From positions 348,747 to 412,746 of the forward strand of contig SMSO01000037.1 in the NCBI GenBank assembly GCA_004764695.1: a DNA stretch of 64,000 nucleotides, read 5' to 3'. Under the pieces are notes generated by a model. The model saw only the letters and a list, made by a program, of their open reading frames with translations, did not search any database and was not told the origin of the DNA. Numbering within the stretch: the stretch's first letter is position 1; every line of letters starts with the position of its first letter. Shown here piece after piece: positions 13,806 to 26,179 of this stretch. The stretch is from Schizochytrium sp. TIO01. Lineage: Eukaryota; Protista; Bigyra: Labyrinthulomycetes. Both the position numbers and the translations under genes were made by a program.

Positions 13806-16800
13806 ATTCACAGCTGTTTGGCGAAGGGCCTTATCAGCTGAAAAGAGCAACGAAATAAACAGTGTTGGGTGCTTCGAGAGGTGCCGCAAAACCGACGGAT
13901 GCTGCACGGTGAAGACAGTTTTGTAACTTTGACGTGAGTACAGACGAAGTGGAAAGAAAAAGAAGGCAGATAGGAGAGAGTGATACAACAAAGGGAACTT
14001 ATGGAGGAATGCTATTAAAGCCTGTCATGGGCTAGACAGGGTATACTATGCGAGTGGCTAACCTCTACGGAGGTGCCAATGCCGCTAAAGCGAAAGGTTT
14101 TCGCGGCGAGTTTTTGCAAATCTGGCGAGTATTATCGTTTGGACCTTGGTGGAAAACGAATGATACGGGCGCTTCTCACCACAAGGCCGCGCATGAGCTG
14201 AAGCCTGAGGGACGTATGCTTTCTGCTTGTCTTCGGCACGGGCTCTAGCTCGGAGAAAGGTGGAGGAACGAATGAAACTGAGGAATTCTTTGAATGAAAG
14301 TGAGATATCGAACTAAAAGTCTACTTACCTAGACACCTATCTAGCTAGCTAGCTAGCTACACTTTGAGGCTTTAGAAGTTTTGTTTCGACTGAATAAAGT
14401 GGCTTTCGCTTGGCCAGATAGAATTATTCCATACACAGCGGAATCGCGGCTACGGGGAAACATGTAAATCAATCAAACTCACTCAGTCACTCACTCAATC
14501 GCTCAGTCGGTGCGTTCAAGCGAAATCGACGTTCCTCGTGAAAAGGCGAGAGTTCATTGCCCTTTTGTTTGTAGTACTCTAGAGTCGCATGAAGCTTCCA
14601 AATTTTTATTACTCTTAGAGTTGCAGCCTATCATTCTGCTTCAGAAGAAATAGTGAAAGAGCGTCTTTTACTATCGCGTGGAAGTTACACCTAGGTGAAA
14701 CAGTCTATATTATATCTTGAATTCATCATGAAGAAGACTCTTCTTGCTCAAATGATGAAATGATATTAGGTGAGGTTAGCGCCAAACAAAACTTTGATGC
14801 TCAGGGTGGGTCCATCCAATACTCCAGCGATTCTTTAGGCTCGTCACGGCAGAAAAACCTGATGCGTGTGAGTATTTAGAGGAAATGTGGTCAAGTCATC
14901 GCTACACTTGATTAGAAGAGCTTGGCACACTGTGCAGTATAACAGATTCTTATAATAGTACCAGTCAGGTAAGTTTACACATTGTAATCTCTTTTTCAAG
15001 TAGATATATATATACATATATATATATTTCGTTCTAAATTAATGAGACAATATTTATCTCTATACAGATTTTAAAATAGAGATGTGTTATTTTTTTGTTT
15101 ATTTGTTGTTTTGTTTTAATACTATTTTTGTTTTCAAGTTAACTCTGCAAATTTATCTATTTTAGTTTGAATAAGTATTTAATTGATGGAAATATTGTTC
15201 AAAATCTAGTTTACTATGAATAATTAGAACAATTTAAAACCAGAATTAGTAAATGAAACATGAACTTTTCTCAATGATAAAATAAATAATTAGAAATAAT
15301 ATTTACCAAGATACAATTTTGGAACCCATTTTCTTGTCCATCTAGGCTTGAGAGGGAGGCAGCAGTACCCAAGATAAGATTTACGTTAGAAAAGGCCTCG
15401 ATTTTATCTATTTGAGTTGAAAACCAGTCGTTTGCGCTGTAACAGAGACTTATTGAGACTCATAAATATTTCGCTTCTGACGGAGCCTTCACCCATCATG
15501 TTATTCAAGTGGATAATATCGACTACCGCATCAAACATTTTTTACTTCTCTTCGTATTATTAATATTTTCTCCCTCATTCATCGCTGCGGTGACGTATTC
15601 TTTTCCCCTTGATAAGCTTTAAAAGTCTTGGTGGACGAAAATGAGAAGTTGTACAGTCTATCAGAATATTATTTCTGCTAGCAATGCCTCATTCTCCTTT
15701 CAAGTTTCATCGAATACAAACAGTCAGTCCCACTATCGAAAATCTTGCGAGAGTTCGCCCTTTGATTGATTCCACCAATGCTTTCCTAATTTCTACGATC
15801 ATGCAAGAAAGCCTCATGTGCAAAAATTAGGGTGGGGGAAGCTTGATCCTTCCTGACAATGTCTATCTAAACATAGAAATGAATAAAAACTAACTCGTCT
15901 ATGTGTAAACAAGTCTGCATAAGAAAGGGGCAGGTCTACCCTATTCACACGGTATCTATCACGGTACCTACCTACCTACCTAGAGACCTAACTAAAGGAT
16001 TCGATGTCACCACGACAAAAGCAACCGACGAAATGGTGGTAAGTCTCTCTGGTTCGTAAGCTTAACAACAAAATTGGGAAAAACTAAAGCTTGTATAACG
16101 ACTTAGAGAACGTGCAAAAGCGGATTCTTATCATGCTCTGACGCTCCTCAAAGCCAAGAGTTACTTATTTCGTCATACGAAGACGAAACAATTTTATTTT
16201 AACTAGATGACCCTGCTCTGATTATTTTAATCGGGTGAAAACATTCAAATTTGTGAAGAAAAGAAAAGAAACAATACTCGTACACTATACAGAATAATAA
16301 CAGTAGCTAGTTGGTGGAAGCTAGCAATCAATCGCCTTGATGCGCTTTTGCTTTTGCTTTTGCTTTTCTGTTCCAATTTTGAATTGAAAAATTATAATAA
16401 ATCAACTTCGCAAATGAACAAATTCCCACCTATACAGGCCACCTCCACGATTTTCAATTATTTTCCTTCTGAAAGAAAGAAAAGACAAAGAGAAAATACA
16501 CCCGCAGCTTGCCCTTTCTAGGGATGTTGCTGTGGGAGCTTTGAGGCGTCCTTCTTTTTCAAAGTCAGATCAACTTGTTTAGAGGTCACTCAGGGGCTTT
16601 TTGACTCTTATTCTGCGATCCTCGCAGTTCGTATGCGTCCCCTTGGAGTGCATTTTGCCTCATGAAGAAAGGATGTCAATTCTAGCCATTAGAACTAAGC
16701 CTCTCTGCGATGGCATCCGCAAAGCGTTTGGTTCGTCAGAGGTTGTGTTTTTCCGCCCAAAGCAGCGAAGCGTGCTCGCAAACAGGAGCGGACTTTGGAG

Positions 16801-19800
16801 GCTACGACATGAGTGGTTGGACGCAGCTGATCAGCACTCGTGGCAGCAGGAGCAGGAGCACTGTTTGTGGACCTTCTGGGGAACGAACCTCAAGGAGATA
16901 CAACAAAGAAGCATCCTTGAAAAGGGCGGCGTTTCAACTTGGAGGGGTAGAAGTAGGTATTGGTTTGAAAGTCAATCAACAAGGGATTCGGACTGACTCG
17001 TGCGACTTCTTCGGCTTCAGACGAATCAAAGTGTAAGTTTGCCAAGTTGTCAATCAAATAGGCGAACTTTATAGGATCTTCTCAATCACCATTACTGGCT
17101 TATAGAATAAGCTTCTCAAGTTGCTCGTTTTGATGATGAAAAAGTTAGGTGAACATTTCATGTTTCTCACTCAAATCATATTTGGTTTTTTCAGTTCAAT
17201 AGGATTATTGTAATCTTTATGGAATAAATCGTAGCGATCGCCTAGTTCTAGTAAAATAAAATAGCTAATTGAACTCAACGAACCAACGAGTCGAGTAAAA
17301 TAGAATTTCTAATTTAAACTCCAGGAATTGCTCCCCATTTAAATCGAGCTGATTTTCATTTTTTTAAAAAAGGTATATAAAAAGTTTTATAATTGCTTTT
17401 ATACACCTTCTCAGCTACATAGGAGTTATATCCTATTTTTATCAAATTGTGCAGTTTCCTAATTATCAAGCTGCTTCTAGAGTGCATTTTCACTAGTTCT
17501 TTTGCAAGATGCCACAGCCGGAGGCACCGAAAAGCGCCTGGCACAGGAATAAGCACGAGGGCACATCTTGGCTAGCATATGCCTATGCTGAAGTTTCGAA
17601 TGAGCTTCACCTGGCATTTATTAGGTATTTGTTTTTTTTTGGATCCAAACTAATCAAAACAAATCGGTTTTCGATGAAAATTAACTCAACTGGTGATTCT
17701 TAAAAAGAATAAATGAACATCTCATACTTCTTTCTCTGTTTTTGTTTGCGAGGCGCAGTAGAAATAGATTATTACCAAGTTTCAAAATATAAGATAAGGC
17801 TAAAATTATTACTCACAAAGTGTAGATTTTAAAATAATATGTAAATTTCACATATGTGTTGTATGTAGTTCACGTTTGTCTGAACGTTTCTCAAAAAGGG
17901 AGCAACCGACAGCCAAGAAGTAATGTAAAAACGATATCCCGCAGTAGATTGACGCAAACGCTTCCGTCGATTTAATCAATTGAAATTCGCCAAAACAAAA
18001 CCCGTTAAATAGATAAAGAGAACTATATAATCTTTGTCTGAAATTTATACGCGATGTTGGCGAATTGTTGGTGCGGAATTTAAACCTCGAAAGATTCTTC
18101 TTAGTTTATATCCTTCTGAAATTCTGAAACCTTTTTCACGCAGAGGTCTATGTGCGGAGGTTATTTTTCTCTCCAAATTTACAATTACTAGAAGAATTTC
18201 AAGACTTGCTCTGCATTTCTCATTTGCGCAATGTGAATTTACCATAAATCAAAACTTAAATAGCCTCTGCACTTAGAAGTATATAATTTCAACGGCATGT
18301 TTGCATCTTGTTTACATGTGAATTTTGTTGATAACTGCTATTGAAATTAAGTATTTAATTTATGCCTGCCCCTTTAGTTGACCCCCTAAACCTAAGCCTA
18401 AGTAATGCTATATCGGTACACTTGCTTCTCCTTGACTTTTTATAAAAATGCGGGAAGCACGGTATGTTCAATTGCAGAAATGTTTAATTATCTGTGTCAG
18501 TTAACAAAACTTTAAACATCCATATTTTTCACCATGACTATGTTATCATATTAGAATGAGATATGTTTGACTTTTCAGGATTGATTGAAATTTGACTGAT
18601 CTGTTTTAAGTTCCCGATTCATAGAAACATTTGTCGTGCAAATGTAACCTCTGTTCTTTCAGAATTTGTGATGAATAGTGAGACGCATTTACTTGGAGCT
18701 ATAAAACCTGGTCAATGCGCAATTATTGTGCAAACTAGTATGGGGGAGCACATAGCAATATACAAAAGAAAACAAAAAATTCTCCTCTGTTTAGACTTTA
18801 CTTCAGAAGGTAGCTTTTTGAATGGAGAGTTTTTTTGTTGTTATGTTTTTAATCTTGCTTTTTTCTGACTGCTTACTTTCTTTATCTTTGCTCATCTGTT
18901 CATTTTGAGATTTATAATTTAGAAAGTTAAATGCCCAGTTACTCTGTTTGAGAGATAGAGTCGGGTAGCAAACTTATTTATTCAGATTTTCTGTTATAGC
19001 TTGGACTTGAAACATTGGAGTGTTTCTTTTGACATTTATCAGAAGGAGATACAGCTTCCTCGGATAAAAGTCAGTCCACCTTAATACTAAGACCTCGGAA
19101 TTATATTTTTCCATTCTTATTCATATGGAGAAATCACAACGAGCCGGTCGAGCATTCATGAATGCTCGCATTCTTGAAAGCTTCAAGCTACTTTGGAAAT
19201 ATTTGCAAGCCTACCATGCTTCGTAGTTGTACCTCTTTTTACTCTAGCTAGACCTCTTTGCTTTTAAAGAAAAGAAATTATATATCCCCATTTTATACAG
19301 AAAATAATAGGTAGTATTAAAGGGAAACTAGCCTTGCCGCTGGTGACGTTTCCTCCTCTTAAGAAACTATATTTGTGTTCTGTGAGTGAAGTTTAGTTTA
19401 CTGTGGTTAGAGGTTAGGGGATTTGAGAGAGTCCCTCACAGCTCTTTTTCAATGAAACTATAAAGACTTTTATTACTTTTTAACTTACATTTTAAAAAAA
19501 AATAATGTTTTTAAAATAATTGAAAATAAAATGAAAACCAATTTATTTTCAGTTTCACTCTAATTGCACTGCTCTCTTTTTCTTTCAAATTAATGCTTAC
19601 TATTCCAAGTGAAAAAAAGAAAAATCATCAGGTATTAGTACTTAGGCTATGAAAAAGTGAATACTATTAGTATTAATAGGAATATTTATTTAAGTATAAC
19701 ATAGGTATTACTAGAGTACTTCATATTTTCTCATTCACAGATCAGCATCATTCTTGAAGACTGAGCAGAGAATATTTAGTTCGATTCATTTTCCCACGCC

Positions 19801-20840
19801 ATCTTCTATTTTATTTATATTTTCAAATTAAAACCTCAATGAAAGAGAAACGTCTTTTAAATGACAAAATGGCAGTATATTGAATTAAAACATGCGAAAT
19901 GCTACCTACCATTGGCACTCAGCACTTTTGCACATCCAGTTTCGCCACTGGCTGAAGGTGCTGCTCTATGTGCTTCACAACCTAGCTATGACTACCTGGG
20001 TGCCTACAAATTCTGCGACTGCCACCTTTCTTTTATTCTAAGAAAACTAGAAAACCCATAGCTAACTCGTGGTTGGCGATAAAGGGAAAATTGAAGCACA
20101 GTAATAGTAACACTATTTAGGCTGTCATAAGATGCTGCAGATAGCAGAAACAGTCCGCCAATACATTATTAAGCATTCCTCACTTATATCTTCTACTATT
20201 ATTTTTATTTCTTAAATGCAAGCAGTCAATTATAGTAAAAGATCCCACTTTAAATATACCTACTACTATGACATTACTTTGATAACCAGGCATAGGCCAT
20301 AGAAATTAAATCTTCGGTGCGGCCTCTCAAATTTAGCAGTTATTTTATCACAGATGATCTGTTGCTATACGCGTTCCACTCGATTGTGAACTTAAAAATC
20401 AAGTCCTTCGTACACGCGAATACGTTGATATCTTCACTTATAACATGCTGATTTTAGCTGGTGACTCCTGCAGCACTGTGTTTGTAAAAAACAATTCTTT
20501 ATATTGCCTCCCTTCGACTCCGTCTTCGTCTTTTGAGAAGCTCCTCCGTGAAAGTGAATGTGCCTACGCCAGCTGGCTACCGACACTATTCTTTAGCCTA
20601 AGATGCTACCTGGTATAAATGCTTCATTGCAACCTTATTGGGCATAATTGATTTAGTACAGGCTATCTTTCATGGCAGGATAACCACCAGAGCTGCTGTA
20701 AAGAGCACGTTAGCAGCGCTAAATGGGAAAAAGTTATCTAGGAATAATTCAGGTGTTGCTCTTATGCGATGTACTTCTTTTCATGATACTAGTCGGCAAA
20801 GCACACTCAGACAATGTTACACCTCCTCCTCCATGCCAAA

Positions 20841-20886
20841 GGCTTTGCCTTGGCTTTGCCTTGGCTCTGGCTTGGCTCTGGCTTTA
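20841..20886. repeat. Degenerate 11-mer tandem repeat (GGCTTTGCCTT/GGCTCTGGCTT)
   Basis: About four copies. Confidence 0.8.
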
Positions 20887-23800
20887 GGTATTTAACGAAC
20901 GTCTATATATTCTCCTCTTGGCATCGGCAAAATTGCAGTTTGTTGCAGTCTGGTGTAAACATGCACGTAATCATCAAATGTAGAATGACGTGTAGCATAA
21001 GAGTTCTAATCTCCCCAAATGGCTTCTGGAAAACTTCAGGTTTCGCCTATATGAGCTGCTACTTAACACCAAACCGTCGCAAACACTGACTACTGTATTT
21101 ACTCCTTCACAAGGAGCCGTGAGACCATTGAAATTTAAAGAGGAAAATATGCGGCTGTCGATGATGGACCGGGATGAGTGTGGCTATCTGCAAGATGCTC
21201 CCGATGTTAGACTCACATAGTCAAATCTTATGATGTTGTCAACTTCTAAACACGATACTATTCAAGTTTCTGAGGATAAACCTATTTCTGATCGTGCTTT
21301 GAAACTTGCCTTGTAAATTATTTAAATATAGAGAACACGCCAGGACACGATGCTCAACAACCCTGCATAAAACAATCTGACTCGAGAATGCTACTGCAAA
21401 AGGATGCAACATGTGCACAAAATGAAATTATAAAAAAGAGCAAATGCGCATGTATTTTTATCACTTAAGCTCTGGGGAGGGAACATACAAAGGATGAGGA
21501 TGAGAAGTAAAATGAATTCAACAAGCATGTCGTGAATCACTTTCTTGCACCATGCCTTCAGTGTAACAGAGTGGTTGATACACGCACACTACGTTTAGGC
21601 ACTCCAAGGCTTTTCCCCCATCACGCAGTTCATGTAAGGATCTACTCAATCTCAAGGTACAGTGCCAACGTTCATGCCAGAGATGGTGTTCACAGAATTG
21701 ATATAATTTGCGATGGGATAATTTGATCTACTTACGACCTAGGTTTATAGAGCTCACAGGTTTTAGTACTAATATCAATTAGTTGTCTTGTGCATACCTT
21801 GCACGGTCCTCACTGCTTTCTTTGCATTGATATCCTATGCCTAGTGCATGATTTCCTGAGGCATTTTGAATTACACATCGGAAAGAGCATCGCATTGACA
21901 ATTTCCTCCTATGAATGAATATATTATATGTCTAACATATTCTGGGAAGACTCATTCGCCTTTTTTTCTTTCATTTTTCACCTAAAAGGTTTTTGATTCC
22001 AAAGTCCATTTTAGCTTTAGTGGCAGGTTCAACACCTACACTATGCAACACCGTGCCAGGCGTGGTACTGGAGATGTGCCCTCGCGACTCATCAGTATTT
22101 GTGCCTACCTGACAAGCCCATGACCTCCGTGTCTTTTGGTCCGCACCCTGATCCTGATCTGACTTTCTACTACAGTACACTCACTTACCGCGAGATTGCA
22201 GTGAAAAGGCCTCATAAAATAAATGATCTCAAGTACGGCTGATACCTTCTCCCCGGATATGACGAGAAGATACCCTTCGCTTCACGAGTTTGAACTCCCT
22301 GAAACTTCGTGCCTAGGTAGGCAGGCGCCTACTAAATAGTTGATGAGGTGCAGCCAGCCGGACCAATCAAAGAAGCGGACCTGCCCAGATACTTCGTCGC
22401 AGAGACCATGGCCTTCACTTGCCTGCCCCTAATTAAAGAAATTGAAGGGGTAGGTACCACCTACCTACCTACACAGATACGTAGATAGGTACGCAGCTTC
22501 TCACAACTCCAATCTCAAGACGAGCTGCAGCTTGCGTTCGGGCCGTAGATGAAGCTAAGTACAGGCGAGCGCAAGAAGCAGCGCCCACGAGCCTCCGAAG
22601 AGAAGCAAAACAGTAACAGATCTAGCTTCTAAAGAGAAGCATGCTTTGATCTCACAGACGGCAAGAACTCAGCCCACGGAAAGGTGGATGTCTCACCCAA
22701 ACTGAGCGCTATGCTCTCTTTGCAACCTCGGCTCTATTTTCGCGTGTTCAACACCGACAGGGTACCTCTTTCACAGCTGGTCCTGAAACCTAGCTTTGAA
22801 CTCTCTCGAAACTGAACTGACGCCTTGTTTTCTTTCGTTTTCTTTCAAAGGTGGCTCAGCGCTGCGAAAAGCTGGGTGATGCCTCTTGGTCCGTATGACC
22901 GGTTGGAAAGATTCGGGTTCATCCAACCCATCAAATGCTGAGCGGGGAACATAAGTGTTTGCACGAATAGCCTGGAGGTGCTTCCGAAACAGAAGCAAGA
23001 GAAGATTGGTTTTCTCTCACATAACCTACCTATCTACCATCTTGGTAGTACCCACTACTAGTATCATCTAGCAGCTCGAGGAGAAGCACCTGGCCAGCCA
23101 ATTTGGGCTTTGGCATGACTCGTGACCAGGCGAGATGCGAGCTATACTATTGGTGGTTCAGTTATTCCTTTCTAATGTAATTTCGAGGGAAGTAGACGCT
23201 TAGAAGCTTCGCAAGAACGCACACGCGCCGCATTTCTAACTAGGATCTTGAGAAAGATCAATGTCGCTACGCCAATCAATACGGTCATCATAATTACGAA
23301 AGATTTGGACAACAAGAAAATGTTATTTATCGCATGACTACCACGAGATTGCCAAGAACACAGACGCTACAAGGACAACTAAAATTCCAGTAAATATTTT
23401 GTTTTAGCTTGCTCCCACTTAAACGTAACTTTCGATCTGCAGTAGAATATAATTTCACGCAATCTAATTTATCCAAGGTCTAAGCAATCCCAAAGATTGA
23501 GTATGTTCTATGAATGAATAATGAAAATATGGCTTTAAGCCCTCGAGTATGTTTAGCCATACCTTTAGATTTTCAAGCCAAACAGGATGGGGAATATTTC
23601 ATTGTTAAAGGCTTTTCCATGGACCTTGCGAAATCTATTTTTTGACCAGAAGAGCCCAAGTTCTAGCCATTCATAAAAACTGATTTTCCTATATTTTGTC
23701 TTTTGGTTATATGAAATGAAATTTAACTGGCAGCTATGAGTTGCGTCTTCATTAAAACTGCAGACGTACTTTGGGTGGGTTCTTGTCCTTTTCCCCCTTC

Positions 23801-24064
23801 CACATTTCGAATAAATCTAGGGCATCAATCTAGTCATTTAAGGAAAAAAAGTGCAAGCAAAGCAAATGTTGCTACCACTCCGATGAAACTTTTCCTTCTA
23901 CAGAACTTATTAATCATAGACTTGAAGTGCTTCCAGGAAGGTATAGGTTATGCTATTTGGTCGGCTTCAATGAATATCTCAACATGTATTTCAACGCACG
24001 ACATTAAATATCTTCAAAGCGTGATATGAAAGATATCTCCAGTCTTTGAATCTGCCCCTGATCG

Positions 24065-24423
24065 TCCAAATTTCGTGAAGTTATATATGCATACTGAAAG
24101 TTGAAATGATAATTTCCGTGTATTTTAAAATTACCACCCAGAGGAATAGGCCAACTCTACAATTCAATGAATGCGTTCTTGCCATGCTAAATGCAACCTT
24201 CTCTTTGACCTCTTCCTTTGCTCTCCTGCGTATACAATGGCTCATTCAAATTTCGGCAGGTTAAATATACATGCTCAGAGTTGAAATGATGTTCGTGTGT
24301 CTTTAAATTATTAGCCATAAGTAATAGGTTAACTCAACAATAAAATAAATACGTTCTTGCCGTACTAAAAACAGCCTTCTCTTGGCCCTCTCCCTTTGCT
24401 CCTCTGTGTATTTCATGGTTCTC
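24065..24423. repeat. Diverged ~180-bp tandem duplication (two copies)
   Basis: Units ~24065-24243 and ~24245-24423 share colinear blocks CAAATTTCG, AGTTGAAATGAT, AATAGG, CGTTCTTGCC, CCTTCTCTT and CCTTTGCTC. Confidence 0.85.
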
Positions 24424-26179
24424 TGTTCTGTGAAAAAAGTTTTAGAAAAAATCAAATAAGAAAAAAATCAAACAAGGTCCTGAGCTTAAAACAAAACTTT
24501 TTGAAAACAGCTAGGCGTAACATATCTCAGAATTCAGAATTCGTCATTTTTTAATTTTTATCGACGTTGTTTAGCCTGTCTCAAACTTAGACAACAAAAA
24601 TCACTAACACGATTTCAATAAATCTCCATGCAGAATGAACCTAATTTTTAATCACAGATTCTTCTTGTGAGAAATTTATGATTTTAAAAACATAAACTTG
24701 AAATCGCGCGAAGGTCATTTTCTTTCAGGTATTGAGCACTGGACAATCTCTAATAAAGGTTCTTATTAAACATCTCTTTCGCCAATATCTTATTGGTTAC
24801 GGAGCTGAAATTCTCAACGATTCCTAAGTAGGTTTTCTTATAACATTTATCGACTTATACACAGAAATGTGCACTCGATTTAAAGTATAAATATTTTTAT
24901 TTTATCGAAGATAATCTCGAGTTGATAACAAACTTATCACCCCGGTTATTTTTTGCATATGTCTGTGTTGTTTTAGATTGCGAGAATGTTTTCTTCAAAA
25001 ACAAAAAATAAAAAGACACCAAGATCAAAATTCATATTTTGGCTTTTTGCAAAATACTGCTATGATTTAAATTCTCTTCGCTGCGTAACTTTCTACAGAA
25101 ATGAAAACTAACTTTTAATAGAAAGAACACAGGCTCCATTCATATTTTAAGACTAAAAGCTGCCACATGAGAGTCTAACTGAAAAGATGAAGTCGACGAA
25201 TTGCTGAAACAGAATATTGGCCCAATTCTTGTAAAAGGCAAGTCTTGAGTTTTTAAATAAATGAGTGAGGAAGGTTTTTTAATTTGGGGATTACATGAAG
25301 GGTTCGTCTGTGATTGCTGAGAGTTTTGTTCTGATCATTTGCCAAGCGCCTACAAAAATAGGCTCTCAGAATTAGCTACCAGCTGATCATGGCAAACTAA
25401 TTAACGTTACCTTTAGTGGACTGCAACCGACGTGACTCGTATCATACTAAAATGAGCACCTCCTCAACCATCAATCCGAGTTTCTGGTAAATTAATAGAT
25501 AAGATATATACAATTATTATATAATATCCTGGCATTATTTGATTGTCCAGCCCAATTGATACGAGTTGTAGTCTTTCTATGGTTTCCACAGACTTGATGG
25601 GAGTGCAATAATGTTTTATTGACGTGTTCATACAACTGGCATCAATCAATCAAGACGAAATGGACTTTCATGATACAAATTTGCAGAAACCGAATATGTA
25701 TTCTAGATGTCTTCGAAACGAAGATCATAGCATAGCGGCTAGAGGCCAGGACTTCTCAAGCAAAGTTATCGCTGAAACGACCAAGCAGTACTTACTTTCG
25801 GCTATTCTTCTGACTAACTTTCGAGCACCAGAATTGTGCTCATGACACTTGTATGTTGAACATCACCTTGAAATCAAGTTTTCTTGGATGGTCGTTCAAA
25901 TCATAGGGAAAAGAACATTGGTAAACCAGGTTCTTGAATAGATCTCTACTTTAACTGTTTAGCTTGTCCGATATTTCATTGCTAACAAAAGTCCATATAG
26001 TCATGAAAATTATTCTGAATGATTCATTCACTTTGCGTATAAACCAGACGATCTCTTGAGCCATATCATGATCATCAAATTTTCTGGATAGCAATGAAAA
26101 ACGTATTCAATATAACTGTATCGATCTGAAAAGAAAATATCCAAGTTAATAGGAGTTCGAATTCTGGTACTGATTGTGA

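Noticed and set aside
14752-14865. C/D snoRNA-like box pair (ATGATGA...CTGA); a similar pair occurs at 59933-60040
   Set aside because: No rRNA-complementary guide recognised and the box motifs are too short to be informative alone.
26150-26170. GGAGTTCGAATT resembling a tRNA T-loop / B-box
   Set aside because: No cloverleaf or A-box at a suitable distance; it lies in the peptidase 3' flank.
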